A DNA stretch of 64,000 nt from Adineta vaga (Eukaryota; Animalia; Rotifera): positions 17,050,001 to 17,114,000 of the forward strand of contig CP075492.1 in NCBI GenBank assembly GCA_021613535.1, read 5' to 3'. Positions 1 through 11,951 of the stretch are shown here, piece by piece (position 1 is the stretch's first letter; every line of letters starts with the position of its first letter). The notes under the pieces are model-generated. The model saw nothing but the letters and a program-made list of their open reading frames with translations, did not search any database and was not told the origin of the DNA. A program made the translations under genes and the position numbers.

Positions 1-518
1 ACACTGCAAACAATTGCATATCAGCATCATGCACTGCCTATTTTTGTTCTTTTCACTATAGTGCCCTCACACATTGCTTTGACCTTGGAAAATCGATTTT
101 TAATACTTGAGATGGTCTAGTTCGAACACTGATTCACTCAGTCAACGATCATTTCCATTTCTTCTAACGTGAAATGTTCTTGAACATCTTAGTCGTGGAT
201 GTCATCATACTCGTTCGTCTCCTCATTACTATCTTTCTTCTCGAATATCCCATCAAACTCATAATCGAATTCAAGAATGTGATAAGAGAAAAGCTCAGTC
301 AAGTAGCTGTATTTAAAACCCCTCAAAACGTCGAACACTATTCTTGAAGTAGATATTTTGTTAGCAGTCTTGGAACGTTCGGAATATGCATACTTTTTAA
401 TCAAAAAACTAATCTCTTTAGGTCTAATCTGTATCATATACAATGAATAAATAGAGTAGGTGTTCAATCGAGACTTTTCAAAGCCAATAGTAAAATGGTG
501 AGGAAATAAGTCAAACAA
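1..518 (-). pseudogene. Degenerate ORF, possibly the N-terminus of a pogo/CENP-B-like transposase remnant
   Basis: ORF 189-518 continues through several stops (EHFTLEEMEMIVD*VNQ...). The family call rests on loose recall only. Confidence 0.3.
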
Positions 519-1471
519 GTCTTTTCACAGAGTGTATTTATCATGCGACCACATCGAGCAAGATTAACAGCCAAGAATGTATGTTTGCTAACTTTTCTAA
601 AATGTAATTCATTTCTACTTTGATTAATTTACTTGAAGTTTAATAGTAAAATAAATTTATGGAAAAATGTTTTAACATTTCTCTTTGGCAATATTTTTTT
701 TGTTTATTTATCGTACAATTTTTCAAAAACTACAACTGTTTCCTATTAATTGTTAGAAATTTGCAGTCGTATCTAATGAAATAGTATTCCCATTCAGTAA
801 GATAGTATCAGTATTTATACCGTACTTGTCCATCTCTGCGAAGCAATACTTAGACGCATTTAGATATCGATTCGAGCGAGTGAAAAGAAAACGTATTCCA
901 TTACAAGCGTGAATTTGTTAAAAGTTATATATCGAACAGTTTGAGAATCGAAAATAATGATGGTATTGCTGTTGGTACGTGCACCGGAAAATCGTCGCAT
1001 TTCGGTTTAGATAATTTTTCCAACTTGACATCATGGATCTCGTCACTCATCTGAATTGATATTATTATAATTAAATGTTAAAAAGAAATATCTTTGACTA
1101 AGACTATTAAATATGAAAATTTTCTCAGGTTACATTCTCAATTGTATCTCTTTCAAATTAACTATTTGCAATTTGCTTCAGTTGCAAAAAAAAACACATG
1201 TCTTCTCACTACTACATTGAATGTTACACAACCAGTGACGTACCTTTATTCCTTTTTTACCTCATCACGCATGCATTGAATGCGCGTTGCATCGGTTATA
1301 TATCTTATATAATCACATATGAAGAGAACAAAAAAGACGATGACGAAGCAATTTTTTTCCTTTTAAGTATAGTGACGGTAACGATGTTATATATATATAA
1401 GAGCATATAAAGTGCATTTACTTTTCATATTTACGAAAAATTTTCTTTGTGATCAACTCTCTCTTATTTGC

Positions 1472-2357
1472 AATGGCAACAGTAAAACAACAGCAACGCA
1501 TCATTCTTGTTACTGGTGCTAATAGAGGTCTCGGTTTTGAAGTTGTCAAAAAACTTTTGAAACAATCGTCCGCAAATAATGATTTAATTTTACTTGGTTG
1601 TCGAGATTTAAAACGTGGTCAAGACGCTATCAAAGAATTAGGTTCACCATCCAACGTACAAGCGCTTCAATTGGATACATCTTCACCCGACAGTATTGTT
1701 CAAGCGACTAATGAAATTAAACAGAAATATGGAGGTAAACTAGATATTCTCATTAATAATGCTGCCATTGTATCAGGTGAACTGACTGTTGCCGATGCTC
1801 GTCAAGTTTTTGCCACTAATTATTATGGAATAAAACTAATCAATCAAAATCTATCTCCATTGATTAGAGAACATGGTCGTATAGTTAATGTAACAAGTGA
1901 AGTAGGTGCTTGGGTATTACATGACATATCAATCGATCTCCAAAATAAATATACATCATCAACATTGACTGAAGAGCAAATTGATGCACTTGTAGAAGAA
2001 TTTATTTCTGCTATAGGAACGAAACGTTATGAAGATATCGGATATCATAGCAAAATACCTTTTATAATCTATGGTGTATCAAAAACAGCACTAACTGCTC
2101 TAACACGAGTGCAAGCTCGTCAATGGTCAGGAGCAAAAGGTGTTCTGGTCGTTGCAGTATGTCCAGGTTATTGTGCCACTGATATGAACAAGGGTAGACC
2201 TGGAGCTCGTCCAGCAGAACTCGGTGCAGATTCCATTCTTCATGCAGCTATGACTCCTGCGAAAGAACTGGAAAATGGTGCATTTTATCAAGATGGAGAA
2301 AAGAAGCCGCAAGCTTTTGCATGCACAATGGACTTTAGTAAATTTACTCAACAGTAA
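1472..2357 (+). CDS. Short-chain dehydrogenase/reductase, carbonyl reductase-like, intronless
   Basis: TGANRGLG Rossmann motif, INNAA, YGVSK (YxxxK) and VCPGYCAT. Confidence 0.92.
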
Positions 2358-2508
2358 GAAAAATCATCGAGAGAACACTAATGATGTGGTGAGTGTGCGT
2401 GTTTTCTTTTGAAATAAAAATATAGACAACTAGATTAAAATTGTGAATTCTTTGTTATAGAGCTTATTTTGATTATTTTTTTGTAATTCATCCAGTTGTT
2501 TGACACAG

Positions 2509-3177
2509 TTAAGAAGTCTGAACAGCTACGTAAGGATGTACATAAGTTACTCTATTATTAGTTGTTGTCTTTAATTTTACGCTTCGATGGGAGTGTGACG
2601 AAGTATTTTTTAAATATATAACACAAACAACTATACCAATGAAGATGAGAAGAAAACATCCAATAAGAATAATGAAACTAGGTAATGAATTTGGTTTTTC
2701 CCATTGTACTTCATGTGTATTTGTTTGATTATAAAAACAAAAATCCGATGAATGCAACTAGATATAAAGATCAGTAGAGAATATAATGAAACAGTACTTG
2801 AAATATTTGGAAATTGCACTTACTTGATGTTGATCTGATGCACGAATTGCCTTGTCACATGTTGAATACGGCTTCCGACCAAAAATTGAAGCATATATCG
2901 TTTCAGTTTCATTACTTTCAGTGTAATAGCTAACAAACCATTTCGAAGAGTAACATGTATATGCATAACTTATACCTTCTCCATCAAAGATAAAGCAAGT
3001 TTTATCATAACAGCCTGGAATACTTTTAACAGTACATATTGCGATTCTATAGATTTTCTCTTTTAATATTTCGTCACGATATTCGAGGACACCGACTATG
3101 ACGCCACAAATGCTAAAAACAAGAATAGTTGCGCCAAATCCCGCGAAATACCAAGACGAAAAGAGACGTTGACACAT
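2509..3177 (-). CDS. Two-TM membrane protein with a Cys-containing loop (loosely BK-channel beta-subunit-like); 2 exons
   Basis: ORFs 2758-3177 and 2509-2757 are joined by a GTAAG..TAG intron. Both ends carry hydrophobic helices. Paralog at 17208. Confidence 0.65.
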
Positions 3178-3819
3178 TATGAAATTCGTCGTTTTCTTTG
3201 CTTAACGAACATTTTGAAAATGGCTTAACGACAGCTTATATTTATAGCTTATTTTTCAAAAGAATAAACATTGAGTCAATCGATTTAGTTTACTTATTCG
3301 GCATGCTGTTACTTTCTACAACGAATGCACATCTTTTTTTAAATTTTTTATCATTATTGACTCATAGATCAAAGAGAGATGACTACAATATCTTTGATAA
3401 ATAAACATATTAAAATTTTTTCCTAGTTGTAATGACTACCTTTGTCACTTTTTTTTATCGAAAGATTGTAACAAAAATTTATTTCATGTTCTTTATTTAA
3501 TATTCTTGAGTGTGTGAACGTGGATATATCTGAACGAGAGAATTTACAATACACATTTTATTTATCTTGTCGTTTTATTCCATTAATCTCTATAGTTTCA
3601 TTCAACACTTTCTATATACGTCATAATACTAAAAACATTAATGACGCAGATTTTTCATCTTCTCAGTGAGAACAAAAGTTTATAACAAGATAAAGATAAG
3701 AAAGAAAACCAGACATTTTGTTTATCTTCGACTCTTGCATTACAGATGATGTAGTTGTTATTTATTCAATAGGAAATATAATATCACTTCTATAGATCTC
3801 TTTAATATACACCTACACC

Positions 3820-4627
3820 CTTGTTGTTTTTACAAATGTTGATGATGTTTTAAAATTAAATTTTAATATAAATACTTTAACTGAATATGTACAAGAGGAA
3901 ATTAAACATTATTGGCTTATCGAAAATCCAATATGTGAATTAGAAAAGGCACAGAAGAAACTCGAAGATGATCGGCAATTAGTGGCAAAGCAGAACATGA
4001 ACATTTGATGAAACAAACACAAAATATTTACGATTTTGAAGAAAATATCAAATCAATGAATTTTAATAAAACTGAGATAACCGAAAAAACAGCTTTAGAA
4101 ACAACAGATGAACATAACACATTATGTCACATTCATGTTGTTATCATAATTGTCATCTCAATTGTTATTTACCAGTGACACTTGAACCGGGAGCAGAAAT
4201 ATTTAAAGGTTGTGCAGCTATGGATTCAACTGGTTTGACTTGTAAAGTATGTGGTCATTCGTATAAACATCATTATCATGTTAAAGCAAAATGGATAATG
4301 AAATAAGAAACGAGATATTATATCGATGAAGATTTAGCAAAAGATTTTATTACAGCAATAACGGATGAAGAATGAGCTAAAGTTGCTTTGAAAAGTGTAC
4401 AACAACAATTAAAACGTTTTGAAAAGAATATTTTGAAACTACAAGATCAATTATTGGAACTTCTGAAAGAATATAACAAAGTGGGTCTGAGAAGAAATTA
4501 TTTAGCTTTGATACAAGCACAAAACAATTATGTGAAAATGTCAATTAAAGCTTTTCGAGGAGATCAGAAAGATAAAATTTATCAACATTTATTATCATGG
4601 AAAGCAAAGTTAGATCTTATGATTTAG
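3820..4627 (+). pseudogene. 5'-truncated, stop-interrupted fragment of a GTPase-associated Cys/His-rich and coiled-coil protein
   Basis: LVVFTNVDD..., CYHNCHLNC...CKVCGHSYKHHYH, then a coiled coil. Internal stops. Begins at the half-site at 3810-3822. Confidence 0.55.
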
Positions 4628-4838
4628 ATGACTGTCGAAAAACGTCATTTAGATTTATAAAAACATATTTGACGGTGAGAGCACTATTCATCTCTTTATC
4701 CGCATCTACATCTTGTTTGAAATTTTATTGAGAGTTCAATTTTCAATTGTTTTTCTTCGATTTATTTAAGAAAAATCGAACTTTTCATTTATATTCAAAA
4801 TCCTTTTTGTCTAGTCTCGAATTTGTTTTATTTTTATG

Positions 4839-5240
4839 TTAAACATAAACACCAAGAGGTAAGACTAGTCGTTTGAAAGCTGAATTAATAACAACTGCAG
4901 CACATCCATACCAAGCAATAAATGCTGTTGCACCAAATGTATTGTTTAATTTACATTCCCACATTCCGGCAAGAAATTGAGCTAATCCACCATAAAATAA
5001 TGCCACGGGTAATACAACAGGTTCTAGTCGAATATCGATGAAATAATCTCCAGCATTGAACGCTGAAAGGATAAATGTTGTTAGAGCAAATGCAGCAAGA
5101 CCAAGTGCAGCAGGATTAGCTATTCCATTGGATTTTTCAGATCGATTTAATAATTTATCAAATTGTTCAGTTGTTATTGTTATGGAAGTTGATGCGACAG
5201 CCTGAACAATAAGTGGTTCTGTTTCAGAAAGATTCGACAT
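4839..5240 (-). CDS. GPR1/FUN34/YaaH (SatP) acetate-transporter family protein, internally deleted
   Basis: Signature ANPAALGLAAF, FYGGLAQFLAGMWE and NTFGATAF. Only 133 aa, with the central helices missing. Confidence 0.85.
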   Translation of the reverse strand: MSNLSETEPLIVQAVASTSITITTEQFDKLLNRSEKSNGIANPAALGLAAFALTTFILSAFNAGDYFIDIRLEPVVLPVALFYGGLAQFLAGMWECKLNNTFGATAFIAWYGCAAVVINSAFKRLVLPLGVYV

Positions 5241-5689
5241 GATGTAATGCTCTAAGTATAGATACGAACGTCATCTATCAGTTGAATCAATAATTGCGTT
5301 TGTGTCACAAACCTTTTATAGTATACTAAGATAAAAAGAAAAGTACAGGCGAGAGGTTAATGTACTTATTTCATGTATGACAAGGATAGAGAGAAAGGGA
5401 AAAGTTTACTAATAACGAAGGACATTCTTTTTCTTTTACATGCATATACGATGTATTGACAAGGAAGAAAATGCTGGCTAGATGTTTACACTTTGTTTCC
5501 CTTGGTCTTGTTACAGTGATTCTTATATGATCGAAAGAATTGCTTTATTTAAAATGATGTGTACATTTATACACGAAAGATTAAGGGGAAAATCTGGATA
5601 CTTTTATTAGTTTTGTTTTTCTTTTTATGAACACGTGTTCAGAAAGAGGAAAATACTATAAACGAATAAATAAAATTAATTTTTAATAC

Positions 5690-6706
5690 GTCGTCTAAGA
5701 CTTGAACTGGTATTTGCAGGTGCTACAGTAACTTTTGAATTTAGACAAAAATAAAATAGACATCGTCTACATTGCTGTCGAAAAGTACTTGAAATAATGA
5801 TAAATATATATATAGAAAGTACCCTTTTGAAAAACTGAAAATAGTTCATAAAACAATGAATAAAAAAAGATTCTACTCACTCCAAGTCCAATAGCAGCTA
5901 CAAAACTAATGATATTTGCCATAAAAAATTCTAAATTCTTTTGTTCAGCACTTTTGTTTACAGTGCTTGTTATTTGTGCGTAAGCATCAAAAACACATGT
6001 AGGTAAGACAGTGATAATAATCATAGCAATTTGTCCGCAGATGATCAAGGTAAGTTGCTGATCAGTACCTTGCAATTGCACACTTGACAAACCGCGTAAA
6101 TTTCGATATGCAGGTACACCAAATATAATCATGATGATAATCGGAATTGTCATATATAAAAACCAAAAGTAAACATAATTGTAATAAACTTGCCAAAATG
6201 AATTGTAAATACCACATACATTCGAACTATAAAAAGGATATTATATAAAAATGGTATATACCAGTATTAAAGAAAAGAAATCTATACTTTTTATTTCAAA
6301 GATGTTTCGCTCGTTTTTCTTTTAGGATAAATTCTCGGAACTACACATAGAGATATTAGTCAGATTTTAACTAACCGGATGTCAACAAAGACGTAGCAAG
6401 GTGCACCTTGTAACGATCAGAAAATAATGACAATAGCGGCGATACAATGAGCCCACTCAATCTTGCTTAGTCGTCGTAGAAAGACAACCCGTGATTTTAT
6501 TAGAAATTGATCTAAATTTGCTAACCGAAAGCATGTCACCGATATGCCATAACAAGTAGCAACAAAATGTTGCACATATTAACTGCGTATAGACGATCCA
6601 ATTGCTGCTATCATCAGAAAGAATGTGCATGGCTTGGTACGATACAAACGTTCATTTGAAAATATCATTGCATTCATGATACAACCGAACAAACTAATAC
6701 ATAGTA
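5690..6706 (-). pseudogene. Degraded rhodopsin-like orphan GPCR
   Basis: The minus strand reads ILCISLFGCIMNAMIF (TM1), then LDQFLIKSR..LRRLS (end of TM3). ORF 5767-6153 covers TM5-7. Stops and deletions are present, and the frame starts at the 6707 site. Confidence 0.7.
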
Positions 6707-6755
6707 TTGAGGGCGTGGGTCTCTTGTATTCACACCCATCCTCATCCACATCTTC
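6707..6755. repeat. Junction inverted repeat (degenerate right arm)
   Basis: ttgagggcgtgggt-ctcttgtatt-cacacccatcctcatccacatcttca; an extra C-arm lies at 6851-6864. Confidence 0.75.
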
Positions 6756-7239
6756 ATCATATTTTCGATTTTAAGATTCTTTTGTTTTTTTTGTAGTTTT
6801 ATCTTCCTTTCGAAAATAACTTTATCGATGTAAATAAAGCCGTGATTCTACACCCACATCCTCATTCTCTCTATAATTTTTCTTTCTTTCTACTTATATT
6901 CTTATATCTTTTAAACCTATAAAGAGTATTTAAACAAACGTTAATCTAATACATTGCTTAATTTTAATACGTGTTGCATCGATGTAGCTATAATCTTATA
7001 ATTATTCCCTTTTTCTCCTTTAACTCTTAAATTGTTCTGCAAGTACATCTGTATATAACAGCTTAAGGCCTTGTAGAAAGGGCTTGTTTTTTCTTAACTA
7101 TTGATCGATTTAACCATCTGTTAAAATTTCACAAATCACGTGAATAACAGATGGATTTTTTTCCTTTTCAATAGAAATATTGACTATTTATAAAGAGTGA
7201 AAATAGTCATAGAAGTTATTATCGATTCCCATTCACATC

Positions 7240-7774
7240 ATGTATTGTATTTTAATCGTTGCTGTTATTCTCCTTGGTTTAGGTTAGTTTTAATCTTGGA
7301 GAAGAAGACAATTATTATTTTCTTTCCGCTTTAATTTCAGCTGAAGGTCAAGATCATTATCCACCTGTTGCATATGGTGAAGCATGTATTTCACAAGGAT
7401 TTAGTTCCAGTCATACAGCTGTTGATATTGCTTCATATGGTAAAAAACGTGTTAATTTGCATGCAATTTGGGATGGAACAGTAACTAGTGTTTGTAATGG
7501 CGCTGGTGATTTTGACAAAAGTCGTTGTGGAGATTGTGGAAATTCCGTCGATATTCGACATAATACTGTCAGTCTTCGTTATTGTCATTTGACTGCAAAT
7601 ACCCTTACTGTTTCTCCTGGACAACGGGTTTCACGTGCACAAAAGATTGGTGTTATGGGTACATCTGGTCTTTCAACTGGTGTTCACTTACATGTTATTG
7701 TTACTGAATTAAACAATGGTCAAAGACGAGACATTCGTACTCGTCTCGGTCTCAACGGTTGGCGTAGTTGTTAA
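7240..7774 (+). CDS. Secreted M23-family metallopeptidase (peptidoglycan-hydrolase-like), one intron at 7283-7340
   Basis: The spliced ORF reads MYCILIVAVILLGLAEGQ (signal peptide), HTAVD (HxxxD), YCHL and GTSGLSTGVHLH (HxH). Confidence 0.88.
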
Positions 7775-9049
7775 TGATTAAACAGAAATACTTCGAAGAA
7801 TTTTCTCTTAATTGATTTGTTCATAAAAAATATAATTGCTTGAGAAAATCACTATCTTTTGTATTTCAAAAGTTTATATATTGTAGAGTTTATTATTAGC
7901 ACCAGCATTTTCTTTAAGAATCTAAAATAAAAGGCCTATTGGCACGTTGAATGTTTGGCCAAAGTACTATACCATGTCAAAGGTTTAAGAAAAACAAGAA
8001 AACATAGAGAAAGTTTTTACTATTCATATATTTTCTTGACGAAATAGCTCTATAGAAAAAATAATACAAATGAAATACAAACAGATTAACATCAATAACA
8101 ATAAGTACATAAATATCTGACTAGATTAAAAATATTTTCATCAATTAATAGTTACCACAATATGGTAAACATACTATGTACATTATTAATCAAAAAAATA
8201 AAATGCTTATTACTTATTCGTTTGCGTACATGTCCGCACAATCTTCAAAAAACCATTATATTGAATCTATAGATATTCCTAATTTTACACGATATACATT
8301 GAATAGCCAACGAGAACAATTAGCTTTAATCCAATCATAATATTTCTGCTGATGACATTATATGGGATAAACATCTTCTGGATCATCATCAGCGATACAT
8401 TTTCCACAACGATTAGCACATATAATACCTTTAACTTTCTTTTTTTTATTCAGTCTAACTAATATCATTTATTGTTGATTCTTGTTTTCGTTTACGCATG
8501 AACTGTCTAAATCAAATTCGAATATAAATGCACATTCAGCTATTTGATTTCATTTCCAAAATAAATCCCGAAACTTGAGCTAGAGCTATTCCATATAATA
8601 GAAATAGATCTGTTTATTATCTATATGTGATTACACCTCACATAAAATGTTTTCCTTAAAGAACAGGAATAGTTTTATTTTGGCTGCTATCCATTATAAT
8701 TCAAAATTATGCACATATATAACTCTGCTTACAAATTATATTTATGAGTCACATAGTCTAAAACTTTATGGATTAAAAATAATGACTAGAAGCACTTTTT
8801 GAAAATCGTCATTTATATTCGACGTCGAATTAGACAGCTACTCCAGATAAAAGTTCAAAAGAAATCGCAGAAAGATCAAAATAATGTATATAATGTTTGA
8901 TACGAGTGTATCAAAAGAGAATAAAGCAAATGATTTTTATAGGTTTTTTCAAAATATTGTGAGCCAAGTCTCTATTTAGTCTAAATGTTTTGAAAGTGTT
9001 TGTTAAATTGATGTTGTAACGAAAAAAGCGTAACATTCGGCGTAAAGTG

Positions 9050-9338
9050 TTAACAATGAAACAAAACCCCAATACTACTTGTGCTATAGTGTGTCGTAAC
9101 TATGTCAGGTTTGGTATCAGAATTCACATCAATGACTCTCACTGCATATGGATTATCGCCAGTTGAGTAACCAACCTGAGAAGAAAATGTTCCGTTGCCA
9201 TTATTGAGAAGAACGCTAACTGTCTTTGAACCATAGTTTGCCGTGACTATATCAGGCTTGCTATCAAAATTCATATCTGCAAGTGCTACTGATTGTGGAT
9301 TACTATCAGCTGAGAAATTGAGTGAACTCAAGTACATA
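9050..9338 (-). pseudogene. C-terminal fragment of an FG-GAP/VCBS repeat protein, truncated at a junction site
   Basis: Repeats ADMNFDSKPDIVTAN..VSVLLNNGNGTF and DVNSDTKPDIV. The 5' end abuts the 9339 site. Confidence 0.8.
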
Positions 9339-9409
9339 TTGAGGCTGGTGGGTGTGGGTAAAGTTGCACCTTACTGTATCTCCACGCTCACCCGCACCCA
9401 CACCCTTAA
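9339..9409. repeat. Junction inverted repeat
   Basis: ttgaggctggtgggtgtgggt-~23 nt-cacgctcacccgcacccacacccttaa. Confidence 0.85.
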
Positions 9410-9412
9410 AAG

Positions 9413-9533
9413 TAGGGTCTGGCAGGATTAACTTTTTTTGTCTCGATCCCGATCTCGTTTCGATGAAAAAAACCCGTCCCGATCCCTTTAAAATATTCTT
9501 TAAAGATCCTGCTCCCGACCCCACCGAACCCTA
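9413..9533. mobile_element. hAT-like MITE
   Basis: Termini TAGGGT.../...ACCCTA, internal cccgat/cccgtc subterminal motifs, and 8-bp flanks cttaaaag / tttaaaag. Confidence 0.65.
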
Positions 9534-10285
9534 TTTAAAAGAGCCAAAGTATAAACTATTACGTTTCTCAATAATGAAAATACCAAACATAATTGTTGAT
9601 TTTGTACAGCTTGTTGTGTATATAGACGATGTCTTTTCTTTCGTTATAATATCTCATGACGGGATGATAATTCCTTGATAGCTGATACACTTGATTTTCT
9701 TTCGACATGTTGTTGCCTCTATACTATTAATTCGTAATAACAACAGAATAGAAAAACGACGATGCATATGTTTGTAGACTTTTCCGTTGTGTTTATCTTT
9801 GTGATTATCATCTATATAGATTAAAATCAAATAACTGTTTATTTCCTAGCTATATGTATAGTCAGTTAGAAGGCATTTAAAGAACACATTGCTGATTTAT
9901 ATGATTTAACTATATATATATATAGTTTAAGAGAATAATGAGATTTATTTACTTGAAATCCGATTGAAGAAAATTTGAATTAATTTCATGATACCAAGAA
10001 ATACAAAACGAAAATATCTTTAGAATATTGAATATCTGAAATAGTCAAGATGAATTTATTCTAAAGTGAATAAATTCAATAAAGAAAAAAAACCCGCCGA
10101 CGAGTTCTATAATAATCTTGTAAAAAACGGTGTGCTCAATTGGATTGTAATATTTCTTTTTACTTTAGTAGAAAGAATGAAATGATCAAATACTATTTAG
10201 TAGTATTCTTTTTGAATTATTTGATATTTCGAATTTATATTGAATTTCAATTCTATGAGCTATAGAAAATAACGCATTTTCAGGC

Positions 10286-10330
10286 TGGATGTGTAGCTTT
10301 TCTGTTGTTGATACACATCACACCCATCCA
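10286..10330. repeat. Junction inverted repeat (degenerate)
   Basis: tggatgtgta-gcttttctgttgttg-atacacatcacacccatcca. Confidence 0.5.
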
Positions 10331-10677
10331 ATGAGAAAAAAAGGACAAAGTAAAGGTCGTCCTTTAAAAGAACATTTTGAATTGTTTTGTTTTTCTAAGT
10401 TGTGTATTATGATAAAAAAATCAATTAAAGTGAAATATTTTCATATGAAGCAGTCGTATTTGACCATTCAAACATAGATGTTACTTCAAGTAATTACAAT
10501 GAAAGAAAACAAAATGTTTTTCAGTTAAAAGTACAAAGAAAAGTATCTCATTTCTATTCTTTTATAGCAAAAATAAGAAACAAAAATTCTTGTATAAATA
10601 CAACAAAATATGTTAGCTTTATCAATCATTTATTTTGAAAATTTTCTTCGTATTTCATTATCAATCCATAACAAAAT

Positions 10678-11041
10678 ATGAGTAAGTTTTGATTTCTATC
10701 AAGATAAATTGTGTTAGACCAATAAGCTCATTCAATGAACATATATTCTTCCTTTTCCAAATAGATTTTTTCAAAAAAGAAATTGAAAATAAAGTCACTC
10801 AAGAAATCAATAACGTTGGCAAATCTAATTCCGGTAAGATCGATCTTTGATATGAATATATTCGATGAAAGAGTCTGTTGTCCTTGTTTATTTAGGTTAA
10901 GCTACTAATACACAGAACAAGGGTGAAGGATTAATTAATCAAATTGAAAATACTTTTGAAACAGCTGAAAATAATTCTACAAATGCAAGTGGAGGTTTAA
11001 TTGGTGATATTGAAAAAGCTGCAATAAACGATTTTGTTTAA
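10678..11041 (+). CDS. Small hydrophilic protein (~70 aa, 3 exons), missed by the ORF track
   Basis: ATGA|gtaagt..ag|ATTTTTTC..TCCG|gtaag..; the last exon reads ...GEGLINQIENTFETAENNSTNASGGLIGDIEKAAINDFV*. The exon-3 acceptor is ambiguous (possible in-frame stop). Confidence 0.5.
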
Positions 11042-11359
11042 TTAAACATATATAATAATAAAGATTCAATTTAGAAAAGATTTTTATTTCAATTTTTCTT
11101 TGATCCAAGTTATTATTGATTAAAAAAACTAAGAACTGAATAAAATTGATGACACATTACATGTAAATAAAAATAAATGCACTTTTCTTCATTCGTATCC
11201 TTGTGTTATGATGAATCAACATGGGCGTTTTCAAAAACATACGTCAATATTGCGATTCTTTGTTTCTCACCTACGATTAACTTTGGGCGTATATGCGAGG
11301 ATATAAACAACACGACTATCACATTATGTTTTCAAACGATAATAAATATTATTAATAAA

Positions 11360-11614
11360 ATGAGTTTTGCACGAAATGCAGAAGAAGCTTTTGTAGACAA
11401 TATAGCTGATCGGGTTATTAATGATGTTATTCCAGGTGGAAATGGTAAGTTATTTTTGATCATTTGAACATCAATCTATCGATTTCATATAGGTTTAGTT
11501 GGTGGTACTGTTCAGACTGGTGTTGATCAATTCGTTAATAATGAAATAAATAGAGATTTATTTGGCGGAGGACTTGGAAGCGGTCCTGCAACAAATGGAG
11601 GTGGATTATTTTAA
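11360..11614 (+). CDS. Small Gly-rich protein (~68 aa, 2 exons)
   Basis: Spliced: MSFARNAEEAFVDNIADRVINDVIPGGNGLVGGTVQTGVDQFVNNEINRDLFGGGLGSGPATNGGGLF*. GTAAGT..TAG intron with AATAAA downstream. Confidence 0.7.
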
Positions 11615-11890
11615 ATGACTTCTTATTTCAGTTGTATGAAATAAATATATTTTACTTTAAAGAATCTAATCGATAAAATTAAACGAGAAAAAATGAATTA
11701 TACTTTATTTTCTGCATAAAGACAGATTTTGCATTCGTACACAACGTTAAAAGAAAAACAACAACAGTAACTCTCTCTCGAGGGTGTGGGTATGTAAAGC
11801 TACCATGACGCGTTTCGACCTTGCTAAAGGGTCTCATCAGATGACTTAGATGTCAATTCAATTCTAAAAATCTAATTTAAATTTAAAAAG

Positions 11891-11951
11891 TTCAGGATGT
11901 GAGTGTGGGTTTGCGTTCTTTACTTCACTCTCACCCCACACCCACCCTCAA
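11891..11951. repeat. Junction inverted repeat
   Basis: ttcaggatgtgagtgtgggt-15 nt-cactctcaccccacacccaccctcaa(gat); an extra G-arm, gagggtgtgggt, lies at 11780-11791. Confidence 0.85.

Noticed and set aside
8200-8560. Minus-strand Cys/Trp-rich remnant resembling a PHD-finger tail of a transposase
   Set aside because: Too many stops and frameshifts to support a call.
9243-9678. Short ORFs over the 9339 site and MITE (likewise 29713-30039, 40472-40762, 52350-52674)
   Set aside because: Their PHPHP/PTPTP/VGVG content is just translation of the repeat arms.
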